DNA from: an uncultured archaeon
GTDB taxonomy: Archaea; Aenigmatarchaeota; Aenigmatarchaeia; QMZP01; JACQNV01
Direction: 5' to 3'
NCBI GenBank assembly: GCA_964410585.1
Contig: CAYPFW010000001.1
Span: 210,853 to 274,852, forward strand
Length of the DNA: 64,000 nt
The stretch's first letter is position 1, and each line of letters begins with the position of its first letter. The translations under genes and the position numbers were made by a program. The notes beneath the pieces are model-generated. The model was not told where the DNA came from, ran no database searches, and worked only from the letters and a program-made list of their open reading frames with translations. Below are positions 1-8,613 of the stretch, piece by piece.

Positions 1-2740
1 CTTGAGATATCCATAACCACTGTCCTTTGCAAACAGGTGAACCATCTTCTGAATATTTTATATCAAAGACGTAATTTCCGTCTGGAAGATTAAAACTGGA
101 TATATCAAAAACAACTTGGTCGCCACTAATTGTTCCTATAATTGCCTGGTCATTTGACCAACCTTCAAAAGTACCAACCAATCTAAATTTCCCACTTCTT
201 TGCTCAAAAACTGTCCCTGATTTTTCAGAATAACTCCCCGATTTTGTATAGCAATCCTCGTTTGAATTTGAATTTATATCAGAAACAGTGAGTTTGCTGA
301 ACCCATCGATGACTAACTTTTCGTTTTGTATGAAAACATTCATTTGGTTCAAGTATGGTTGATCTAAAAGCTTTAAAGAAAGGGGCGCTGTATATGTTTT
401 TCCAGCAAAAACAACCGAACCTGATTTTAGTATATTGTCTTCTACAAGCGCGTTTCTAATTTCCATGTTTTTAATTGATGATCTTGTTATCGTAGAATCA
501 AAAACTTTTGAATCAATTATATCAGAACCAGTTACTGTAGACCTTTCAACAACAGATGGGTCGACAAAAGAGTCAATGACTTGGGAATTTGAAATTGTTG
601 ATTGAAGAATGTCCGAATTTTTTACAGTTGAATGTTGGATTACAGAATTTTCAGATGTTGATAATTCTAAATTTGCCTGTGTTAATGTTGATGTCCTGAC
701 ACTAGAAACAATAACAGAAGAATCTAAAGATATTTGAGAATCCTTTGATATTAGAGAGCCTTCTGTGTTTGATTTTGGATTTATCAATTCAATTGGTCCA
801 ACAACAACATCAACCCAATCATGTTCAGCAAAATACCAGTCTGATATTCCTCCTTCAGCCATAGGAGAAGGATCTGCTGTTGAACTTTTATAAAAATCAA
901 GCCCCCATTGCCAGGATGCATCTCCAGTTGCTTTCACCTTCGCTCTCATTTCTATTGTTTTAGATCCGGGAGGAATTACATCACGTGGGAATTTTGTTCC
1001 CCATGGATGCAAAACTTCATTTGGATATTTATATACAGGAGCAACAAGATTCCCGTTTTCAACATAAAAAATATCCTGACCTCTAAGTTTTGTGCCAAAC
1101 CAAGGATTTATTGTCCAAGAACCACCAAATGGTGTTGTTCCAGAATCAAATTTGTCCTCGGCAATTATCGTTTCTATTCCAAGCTCATCTTTCACAACAA
1201 GCTGCATATAATCGATAAGAACTTCGCCTGTTTTTCCGCCTGGAATTAGCACAGCATTTCCCATTGGTATAGCTGATGTTTGATCTGTGATTTCCAGTGA
1301 TTTTAGATAATAACCTTTTTTCCTGATTGATGAAGGATGAAGCCGTGTTTCATCTGATGGCTTTCCTATTGTACCAGAACAAAAATCAGAATTTGTCCAT
1401 GTCCTTGAATACTCACATTGATTATTACATGAAACTGTCCACTTTGTCGATTGCCAATTTGTTTGATCACATGTTTTTGTGTACACACAATCAACGTCTT
1501 TTATTTTTGTTTGATCTCCTAAACAGTTTCCTATTTTTGTATAAGTTTCTGTTTTCTTGTTATTTGATTGACAAGTTCCTAAAGAAGATAAAATATAATC
1601 AGAATCTGTACAAGTAGGGAGCTGTTGGTTTTGTATGCAAACACCATTTGAACATCCATTTGGACAAACATATCCGCCAATAGCCAATGATCCATCCGGA
1701 CTGCAATAGCCTTCCTGTACTTGGTTTTGATCTACACAAACATCTTCATGTGTTCTAAAAGCTTTTTGAGTATCACCTGAATATGGGCCACTGGATACTG
1801 ATTTTATAAAATAGTTCAGACCATCAGAATCTTCGCATTTTGGTGGAGTATAAATACACTGTTCTTTCAGCAAGAGCAAACTCTCATCCACTCTACAATT
1901 CACATCTGGATTTTTTGTATATGTTCTTGTTTTGAAATTATCTGATTGACATTCTGAAAAAGACGAAAATGTAAATGTTTCATCATTAATTGGGCAAACC
2001 GGAAGACTGAGATCTACTTGTTGATTAATTGGGGTTGATTGGATATTTGTATTTTGCTTGTCACTTGATTGTGGATTTGATGAGACAGAGTTTTGTTGAA
2101 TCAAGTCTGTTTGAGTTGGTGCATTATATATACAATCAATAAAAATATCTGCCGGTTTTTGAAGCATGCTATCGGTACAAAGTGGTCCCGGATTTGTATA
2201 TTTTCTTACCTGCTTACCATTTGATGGACAAACAGTAGGTTCTGGATCTCCAAGAATCCAATTAAATGAACAACCAGATGACTGACCTGTAGGCTGATTT
2301 TGATTGTTTGTGTGGTGGATTTCAGACTCAGATATACATCTTCCACTAGAGCATCCATAAACACAATCCTGAGCAATGCCTGCAACATTTTTGTTTTCAC
2401 AATAACGCTCTGAGAGAACTTCTACTTTTTTTCCACTATAATCGTATGCAATATAGCAAGAATCTTCTATCTTTTTTTGTGTACCATCTGAATATGAAAC
2501 AGTTACTTCTCCCTTTGTTTCATAAATTTTCCCACTATCAGAATCTGTACAGGATACAACATCAGGTATTTTCGGAATTGGCGCAGGAGGATCATCTTTT
2601 TTCTTTTTTTCCCAAAATTTCCAACCCTTTTCCCAATCTTCCCAAAACTTCCAACCCTTTGCCTGGGTTTGTGGAACATTTAGCAAGGAAGCTACAAATA
2701 TAACAAGAATTAATAGGGCTACTAGCTGTATCCCTTTCAT
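1..2740 (-). CDS. Large secreted Cys-rich protein, partial: the ATG is at 2740-2738 and the 3' end runs off the left edge of the window. It has a signal peptide (MKGIQLVALLILVIFVASLLNVPQTQA), a tandem KGWKFWE repeat, many Cys, and an N/S/T-rich repeat module near the C-terminus.
   Basis: Hand translation of the minus strand in frame with ATG 2740 stays open down to position 1, spot-checked around 1397-1441. No other ORF of 60 aa or more covers 1-2740, so the ORF track omitted it because its stop lies outside the window. Confidence 0.6.
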   Translation of the reverse strand, partial: MKGIQLVALLILVIFVASLLNVPQTQAKGWKFWEDWEKGWKFWEKKKKDDPPAPIPKIPDVVSCTDSDSGKIYETKGEVTVSYSDGTQKKIEDSCYIAYDYSGKKVEVLSERYCENKNVAGIAQDCVYGCSSGRCISESEIHHTNNQNQPTGQSSGCSFNWILGDPEPTVCPSNGKQVRKYTNPGPLCTDSMLQKPADIFIDCIYNAPTQTDLIQQNSVSSNPQSSDKQNTNIQSTPINQQVDLSLPVCPINDETFTFSSFSECQSDNFKTRTYTKNPDVNCRVDESLLLLKEQCIYTPPKCEDSDGLNYFIKSVSSGPYSGDTQKAFRTHEDVCVDQNQVQEGYCSPDGSLAIGGYVCPNGCSNGVCIQNQQLPTCTDSDYILSSLGTCQSNNKKTETYTKIGNCLGDQTKIKDVDCVYTKTCDQTNWQSTKWTVSCNNQCEYSRTWTNSDFCSGTIGKPSDETRLHPSSIRKKGYYLKSLEITDQTSAIPMGNAVLIPGGKTGEVLIDYMQLVVKDELGIETIIAEDKFDSGTTPFGGSWTINPWFGTKLRGQDIFYVENGNLVAPVYKYPNEVLHPWGTKFPRDVIPPGSKTIEMRAKVKATGDASWQWGLDFYKSSTADPSPMAEGGISDWYFAEHDWVDVVVGPIELINPKSNTEGSLISKDSQISLDSSVIVSSVRTSTLTQANLELSTSENSVIQHSTVKNSDILQSTISNSQVIDSFVDPSVVERSTVTGSDIIDSKVFDSTITRSSIKNMEIRNALVEDNILKSGSVVFAGKTYTAPLSLKLLDQPYLNQMNVFIQNEKLVIDGFSKLTVSDINSNSNEDCYTKSGSYSEKSGTVFEQRSGKFRLVGTFEGWSNDQAIIGTISGDQVVFDISSFNLPDGNYVFDIKYSEDGSPVCKGQWLWISQ

Positions 2741-2798
2741 TTTGAGAATTGATAGTAGGTTTTAAATAGGCATTTGTCCTAGTTGAGATTTACCTTGG

Positions 2799-3110
2799 TT
2801 ATTCAGAAGTTGAAGAGTTGGTGGGGACTGTTCCCTGTTGCTTTCTATATTTCTCAATCTCTGTGAGAAGTCTTCTTCCATGATTAGGAAAAATAAAAAG
2901 CAGATTTTCGTCCCTATCAACCAATTTCTCATCGGCGGCTATTATTTCACCAACCCACGAATTACATGTGCGGTGTTCACCAATTTCTTTATCATATATA
3001 AAATAACGAAGATCGGCTCTCGAAACATCAAAACGCCTCCTTTGTAGAAAATCTGCTACTTCTTCAACTTCCCTACTACTCAAAATGTAATCATTTCCAT
3101 CTTGTCGCAT
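2799..3110 (-). CDS. Hypothetical 103-aa protein upstream of the secreted protein gene.
   Basis: ORF track only; it sits on the same strand as the neighbouring gene. Confidence 0.3.
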   Translation of the reverse strand: MRQDGNDYILSSREVEEVADFLQRRRFDVSRADLRYFIYDKEIGEHRTCNSWVGEIIAADEKLVDRDENLLFIFPNHGRRLLTEIEKYRKQQGTVPTNSSTSE

Positions 3111-3216
3111 AGACTAAAATTAAACCAAAGTTTTAAATAACAAGCACACGGTGCCAAAGAAGCCATCGATTAACCCTCCAAGAGACTATAAATACCAGTT
3201 TAAACCAAATATAGTT

Positions 3217-5730
3217 ATGTCGTGTAAGAGGGGCAAAAACCAAACACATGATGTTCTGAGAGAGATTTCTGAGAAAATTTCAGTTTCTATATTTGTAATA
3301 ATAATAGCATTTGGTCTTATTTTTCCAACAGGTGTTTTAGGTGCAACTCGATTACAAGAGACCTCACAGGAATCTGTGCCTACTGAATCTTCGCCAGCAG
3401 AAACAACACCAACTGAAACTCCAACAACATCTGATTCTCCTTCTGATACAAAATCTGAGGAAACTCGAACTGAACCATCTGAACAACCAACGGAAACCTC
3501 TGCGAGTACTGAAGCAACTCAAACAGAAACAAAACCAGAAGATAGGCCTCCTATACAGTGTCCTCCAGAACAACACCCAGAGGGCCAATCATGTGTACCA
3601 AACAGGCCAACAGATGGACAGCCATTTGGACATCCAAGAATAGAGCCACCCCCAGGATGTAGGGTTGAGAGAAATGATGTGGGGATAGAAAGTGTAATTT
3701 GTGATCAACAAAAAATGGAACAGAAATGTCCTCAAGAAAATTTTGAAGAAATGGCAAACCAGTGTTCATCAAATGGTGGAAAACCTATTAGAGTCAATGA
3801 AGGCTTCTGCCCCTCTGTTAGATGCGAATTTTCTGATTTTTCAAAAAGGAGACAAGAACAAGTATTCAATAATTTCCAACCAACGTCTCGGCTTCAAAAC
3901 CAATTTGCAGGACAACCACAAAAACAATCATGTCCTTTAGAACAGGAAATAAGACAAACACTTGAAAGCTGCGGAAAAATTCAACAAGAACCACGTGTTA
4001 TCCAATCAGGTGGTTGTCCTGTTGCAATTTGTGTCCAACCACAGAGACCTGTTTGTGAACCTCAGCCATCTACTTGCACAAAGGGAAGACCTGTTTACGA
4101 GTTTGAAAATGGATGTCCTGTGACACGGTGTGTTGGGGAAAACGAATTTGCTTCTAGAAATGTTCAATTTGAACCACCTAAAGATGCTTATGAAAAATGT
4201 GCAGAACAGCATAATGGAAAAGGCGAATTAATTATAACAAGAGAACAGAATGGCCAAGTAGCTGATGTTAGATGTATAGGTCCAAGCTCAGATGAGGATG
4301 CTGCCTTTGAACTTCCAGAAGAAATTCCAGAATCAACTGAACTTCTTGGTATAGCGCTTAAACTAGAACAATTGAAACTAGAATTAGCAAAATTAGAACA
4401 GCAAACAAAACAAATGGCAGACAACTGGAGAGATTTGGGAAATACAGGCGAACAAGAAAGAATGAAAAGAGTTTCAAACATGTTTGGTACAGCTGATGGA
4501 AGGATAGAGGAGATAAAATCAAAAATAAGGGACAAACTCGATTCACTCACTAAAAATGATTTGCTCGATATTAAACAAGATATAAAACAAATAAAGGATG
4601 TTCTGCTAAAAGACGCTTTGTATTTGATGTTGAGCCAGAGTGATGAAGTGAAAGAAGGGTTTACAGTAAAACTAGACGACTCAAAAAAAGCACAACAATT
4701 TAGAGAAAAGAAAAGAGTTGAATTTGAAAGAAGAGGATTTGAAGGAGACGATGTTTTTGCAGAACAGATGAGAGAATTCAACAAATATTTCACAACATGC
4801 CAACCATACAGCTTCCAGCCTGGAGACGGACAAAGCCCACCAACAATTACAATAGTTGGCTTGGAGGGAGATACATGTATTGTAAAAGCTGAGCAAAACA
4901 GTCTAGAATTTGGTCCGCCAGAAGGAGCAAACATACCAGAGTCAGAGAAAATAAAGTTTGATGAATTGAAAACCAAAATCAAGCAACGGCTTGGTGATCC
5001 ACCATATGACATGACTTGCAAATTCGCAGACTATGCACTTGGCATGCCTGAAAAAGGACCAGGTGATGATAGGAAATCTCAATGTACTGGAAAAATGTTA
5101 GAGTTGGAGAAATTAATGGAAGAACAATTTGGTGGACCGGGAGGACCTGGAAAACGTGGACAAGAGCAGTTCCCTCAAGGATTTGAAGGACCAGGTGGAT
5201 GTTCAAGCCCACAGGAATGTGAAACATACTGCCAACAACCTGGAAAAGAACAAGAATGTAGGGAAGCATTTTCTAAACTTGGTGGTGTTCCAAAAGAGGC
5301 CTTCCAGAGAGGTGAAGGTATACAAAGAAGCGGACCTGGAGGATGTACATCACAAGAAGAGTGCCAAGCATACTGCAGCGATCCAAGAAATGCAGATGAG
5401 TGCGGTATAAGACCAGGAGGCTTCGGCGGACAGGGATTTGGTGGACCACAAGGTGGTTTCCGGCAAGGAGATTTCCAAAACAACTTTAATCCAGAAAATT
5501 TCAAAAATAATTTTGATCAACAAGGCGGATTCCCTCAGGGAGGTTTCCAACAAAAATGCCCAGATGGAATATGCGATGAGGCAGAACAAAGGGATCCAAA
5601 CCTCTGTCCTCAAGACTGTTTTAGACAGCCTGTTGAACCACAACAAACTCAACCAACAGAAGTTCCTCCTACTGATACAACACAAACTGAACCCAAACCA
5701 GGGGAACCAAGAACAGATCAACCAGCATAG
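3217..5730 (+). CDS. Secreted or membrane-anchored modular protein. It has an N-terminal signal anchor, a Thr/Pro/Glu/Ser-rich mucin-like stalk, a duplicated Cys-rich module (GGC[ST]S.QEC..YC), a central coiled coil, and a Gly/Gln/Phe-rich low-complexity tail.
   Basis: ORF track 3151..5730 uses a GTG. The first ATG at 3217 gives MSCKRGKNQ... followed by a hydrophobic stretch, and a TATAAATA box lies about 25 nt upstream. Confidence 0.6.
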   Translation: MSCKRGKNQTHDVLREISEKISVSIFVIIIAFGLIFPTGVLGATRLQETSQESVPTESSPAETTPTETPTTSDSPSDTKSEETRTEPSEQPTETSASTEATQTETKPEDRPPIQCPPEQHPEGQSCVPNRPTDGQPFGHPRIEPPPGCRVERNDVGIESVICDQQKMEQKCPQENFEEMANQCSSNGGKPIRVNEGFCPSVRCEFSDFSKRRQEQVFNNFQPTSRLQNQFAGQPQKQSCPLEQEIRQTLESCGKIQQEPRVIQSGGCPVAICVQPQRPVCEPQPSTCTKGRPVYEFENGCPVTRCVGENEFASRNVQFEPPKDAYEKCAEQHNGKGELIITREQNGQVADVRCIGPSSDEDAAFELPEEIPESTELLGIALKLEQLKLELAKLEQQTKQMADNWRDLGNTGEQERMKRVSNMFGTADGRIEEIKSKIRDKLDSLTKNDLLDIKQDIKQIKDVLLKDALYLMLSQSDEVKEGFTVKLDDSKKAQQFREKKRVEFERRGFEGDDVFAEQMREFNKYFTTCQPYSFQPGDGQSPPTITIVGLEGDTCIVKAEQNSLEFGPPEGANIPESEKIKFDELKTKIKQRLGDPPYDMTCKFADYALGMPEKGPGDDRKSQCTGKMLELEKLMEEQFGGPGGPGKRGQEQFPQGFEGPGGCSSPQECETYCQQPGKEQECREAFSKLGGVPKEAFQRGEGIQRSGPGGCTSQEECQAYCSDPRNADECGIRPGGFGGQGFGGPQGGFRQGDFQNNFNPENFKNNFDQQGGFPQGGFQQKCPDGICDEAEQRDPNLCPQDCFRQPVEPQQTQPTEVPPTDTTQTEPKPGEPRTDQPA

Positions 5731-5756
5731 GATAAAAATTGATCAAAAGTTTAAGC

Positions 5757-5812
5757 GTCGTGGAAGGCGTTTAAAAAATTTTGGAGTCGAGACGACAAAA
5801 TTTTTAGCCTCC
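5757..5812. repeat. Palindromic intergenic repeat, full copy (GGAAGGCGT-AAAAATTTT-spacer-AAAATTTTTAGCCTCC).
   Basis: Alignment with the other copies. Confidence 0.7.
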
Positions 5813-5843
5813 TGTTTTGCTTAAGCTTTTAGGATAAAAGCTT

Positions 5844-6035
5844 ATGAAAAATAAAAAAGTGGCCTTAGGCATATTGGTTTTATTGGTTCTAGCAATAGCT
5901 GTTTCCGGATGCACATCAAAACCACCAGAAGAAATTAAAAAAGAAGTTGCTAACCAAACAATAGATGTTGTAAAAAGCGTCGACAATGTGCAAAATATTT
6001 TAGACGACATTGACAAAAGTTTGAGTGGGAAATAG
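5844..6035 (+). CDS. Small secreted or lipoprotein-like 63-aa protein with a signal peptide ending in a lipobox-like AVSGC.
   Basis: ORF track; the N-terminal hydrophobic segment is followed by Cys. Confidence 0.35.
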   Translation: MKNKKVALGILVLLVLAIAVSGCTSKPPEEIKKEVANQTIDVVKSVDNVQNILDDIDKSLSGK

Positions 6036-6180
6036 TTTTTATTCGTTTTTTTAAAATTTTACTACTTAATATAATAAATACTTTTACTTTTTCCTGTTTT
6101 AAATGTAAAGTATTTAAGTATGTAAGTATAAAGATATAATACATATAAAAAAATTTTTATATTTTAATGAGTTGGGGGGT

Positions 6181-6939
6181 ATGGGTAGCTGGAAACTGAG
6201 ACCTAGCTATCCAGTGGGCATGGCAGCAAGATATACAGATAATCCAAGAGATCATCTTAGAAGTCTAAGGGGCGATTTGAATCTAAGCTCATATGATACT
6301 TATTCTAATGCAGAATTAGATAAGGCTCTTGAAACAACTGAAAGGGTTTTTGGCGTTCTGAGACTAATTAGCCAAAGAGAAAGGGAACCTAAACAAAGAA
6401 GCGGTTTTAAGGGATTTGTTGACAGAGCAGTAGACACTTATGATAGACTTCAATTAGCAATAAGAGGAGAGACACCTTCAACACCTGGACGCACAGGTAT
6501 ATTGGCAATAATTGGAAGAAAAAATCCAGCATATGAAATATCCGCACCAATGGATAGGCCAAGAGCAATACCAGTAAACGGCAGACCTTTTTTAGATCAT
6601 GGAGTAGAATACATAGTTTATCAATTACAGGGAATGGCCAGATCTGGACCAGGAGAAGTTGACGGTGCATACTGTTTTGATTTGAATGGAAACTTATTTG
6701 ATGTTGGGAGAAGAATAGTAACACCTGCTGAATTTGGATTAAATGGAACAAGCGAGGAAGTGAGAAAAATAAAAGGAACTTTAGGAACAAAACATGAGGC
6801 TGCCGCATTTGCATCTAAGCAGGGTTTGATATCTGTTGCCCTAAGCGAGGAAGTTGGAACAGTGATCACATTTATCGGTGGGAAAGTTATTCCAGACTAT
6901 GTATATAGACCAGAAGGACTAGTGATCCCAGAAAGATAA
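6181..6939 (+). CDS. Divergent DisA_N/DAC-domain (diadenylate cyclase-like) protein.
   Basis: The sequence carries DGA (VDGAYCF), GTKHEAA in the position of the GTRHRAA motif, and SEEVGTV (SEETGxIS). A GGGGGT ribosome-binding site precedes the ATG at 6181; the track start at 6172 is a TTG. Confidence 0.55.
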   Translation: MGSWKLRPSYPVGMAARYTDNPRDHLRSLRGDLNLSSYDTYSNAELDKALETTERVFGVLRLISQREREPKQRSGFKGFVDRAVDTYDRLQLAIRGETPSTPGRTGILAIIGRKNPAYEISAPMDRPRAIPVNGRPFLDHGVEYIVYQLQGMARSGPGEVDGAYCFDLNGNLFDVGRRIVTPAEFGLNGTSEEVRKIKGTLGTKHEAAAFASKQGLISVALSEEVGTVITFIGGKVIPDYVYRPEGLVIPER

Positions 6940-6951
6940 TAGGAGGAACAT

Positions 6952-7233
6952 ATGGGAATAGAACAATATCAGGAATTTCAAATGGAACCGACAGTAAAAA
7001 AGGCAACAATTACAATTTCAAGGGAGTCTTTTGAGAGATCAAATGATGTCGCAAGAATTTTATCAAAGGTCAGGAAAAAAGAAGTTGTGATTGCAAGCTT
7101 TACAAAAAATGATGAAGTAAAATATTCACTGCCTGCACTGAAAACAGAATCTGAAAAACTTGGGTCACAAATGTATGCAGTGGACAATCTGCTATTTATT
7201 GTTCCTAAGGAAATTTCTTTGAGAACTGGATAA
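6952..7233 (+). CDS. SepF-like (DUF552-like) small 93-aa protein, translationally coupled to the DAC gene.
   Basis: An AGGAGGA ribosome-binding site lies 5 nt upstream. The segments SRESFERSNDVARIL ... VVIASF ... YAVDNLLFIVPKEISL loosely follow the SepF core pattern. Confidence 0.35.
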   Translation: MGIEQYQEFQMEPTVKKATITISRESFERSNDVARILSKVRKKEVVIASFTKNDEVKYSLPALKTESEKLGSQMYAVDNLLFIVPKEISLRTG

Positions 7234-7315
7234 ATTGGTTTCTAACAAACATTGAGAAAATAGTAAAGTTTATATTAGGGAAAAAAGAATATCTATAATT
7301 CATTTGAGGCCCTAT

Positions 7316-7432
7316 ATGTGTGATGTTTGTGGATGTACTATTTGTGATGTTTGCAACAAAACTCCAGCTAAGTGCAAATGTGCTGGGGGTCCGAAAAGAA
7401 GGGCTCTAAAAAAGATGTGGCCATTTCCTTAA
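7316..7432 (+). CDS. Cys-rich 38-aa micro-ORF, MCDVCGCTICDVCNKTPAKCKCAGGPKRRALKKMWPFP (9 Cys).
   Basis: Hand translation from ATG at 7316 to TAA at 7430-7432. It is too short for the ORF track, and a TTTATATTA box lies about 40 nt upstream. Confidence 0.3.
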   Translation: MCDVCGCTICDVCNKTPAKCKCAGGPKRRALKKMWPFP

Positions 7433-7489
7433 GCTTTTTCTGTGAAAAAAGTCGTGTCTCCAAGTAACAACGCGAACCTCTAATAGTTC

Positions 7490-7612
7490 ACGAGATTGTG
7501 TGAGCATCAGCGAAACACAAGATGTGCTCACAGCTCATGTGCTGAGGCACATGACATCTCATCATCTTTCGCATTTGGCGAGATGCTGAAATTCTTCGCT
7601 GCTGCTCGAATT
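7490..7612 (+). ncRNA. Candidate structured RNA or terminator module. It is GC-rich with three hairpins (TGTGAGCA/TGCTCACA; TCATGTGC/GCACATGA; CATCTC/GAGATG) and ends in T7.
   Basis: The region sits in an AT-rich intergenic context between convergent genes, and the ORF here (7496..7735) is implausible. Confidence 0.25.
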
Positions 7613-7626
7613 TTTTTACGCCTTCC
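7598..7626. repeat. Palindromic intergenic repeat, half copy (TTTTTTTACGCCTTCCA).
   Basis: Alignment with the other copies. Confidence 0.5.
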
Positions 7627-7628
7627 AT

Positions 7629-8567
7629 CTAATCATTCCCCTGTTCTTTTGGTTCTTGGTCTGATTTTAAAATTGCAGAAGTGTCTTGTAAAACCTCTGC
7701 TGGTGTTATTGCTTGGTTTTGTAAAATGTTTGTAGGATTTTGAGAAACGTCTGTTGGCCTCGGGTCTTGTGTTATTTCAATTGGTTCAACAAAAGCCCTC
7801 ACATAGATCCAATGCAAAACTTCTGCAGATACATTTGCTTGTTTGTTTAACAGTGTTACTAGAGTCCTATCTATTTCAGAATCCCATTCCTCTGCCCCAA
7901 TAAATGCACCTGTTCCATCTTCGCCCATTGGAATTCTTCTCAAAAAATCTGCAGCTGGAAGTACAGTTCTGCTCCCATAATGAGCTAATCTAGCAACTTC
8001 AACTGTTCCTTTGTAAGGGTCTACGCCTCTTAATTTTCCATCAAACTTTAATGGATATTGTGATGAATTTAATCTCTCGCTTTCTTGGACATCCATGTTA
8101 ACTTCTAATTCAATTTCTCTATGAACATCTTGATCCTCACTTCGCTCTGTGTGAGCCGCATGCATATCGCATACTGGGTGGATAGCTTCCCCACATTTTT
8201 CTACAAACAATTTTAGATCCTCTTGTGTTACTTGACCTCTTTGTCTTGCCCTCTCTATTACTTCTATAGCCTCATATGCTTTAGTTTCAGCAAAAAGTGG
8301 TGCAGAATCATCAACAACTACTCGCCTTCCATTACGCAATTCGAAATATGTGTGATGTTCAACTGCAAACCTATCTGCACCTATAGCTCCACGGAAAAGT
8401 GCATCTCTATATCTTTCAAAAAAATCTTTTTCTTCCTCAGGCAAAAAACTAGCAGCTTCCTGTGCGAGCCATTTATGTGTTTTACCATACCAAGCATAAG
8501 AAGTAGAGGGAATCAAAGATAGGAAAACAAAAACACTTGAAACAAAATATCTAAAAGGTCTATACAC
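7629..8567 (-). CDS. Secreted zinc-dependent phospholipase C / S1-P1 nuclease superfamily hydrolase.
   Basis: A signal peptide is followed by a mature N-terminus AWYGKTHKW, matching the W1/H6 pattern, and by downstream His/Asp clusters (HPVCDMHAAH). Confidence 0.45.
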   Translation of the reverse strand: MYRPFRYFVSSVFVFLSLIPSTSYAWYGKTHKWLAQEAASFLPEEEKDFFERYRDALFRGAIGADRFAVEHHTYFELRNGRRVVVDDSAPLFAETKAYEAIEVIERARQRGQVTQEDLKLFVEKCGEAIHPVCDMHAAHTERSEDQDVHREIELEVNMDVQESERLNSSQYPLKFDGKLRGVDPYKGTVEVARLAHYGSRTVLPAADFLRRIPMGEDGTGAFIGAEEWDSEIDRTLVTLLNKQANVSAEVLHWIYVRAFVEPIEITQDPRPTDVSQNPTNILQNQAITPAEVLQDTSAILKSDQEPKEQGND

Positions 8568-8613
8568 GATTTTATATTTGGAAGAGGTTGTTTAAATATA
8601 ACGATGTTATAGA

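Noticed and set aside
908-2703. Plus-strand ORFs 908-1249, 1327-1617 and 2446-2703, and minus-strand ORF 2206-2400.
   Set aside because: They lie inside, and out of frame with, the long edge-truncated minus-strand gene.
7490-7560. A C/D box sRNA on the minus strand (AUGAUGA ... CUCA ... UGAGCA ... CUGA).
   Set aside because: The putative guide regions are occupied by a perfect 8-bp hairpin and the terminal stem is poor. It is kept only as a generic structured-RNA candidate.
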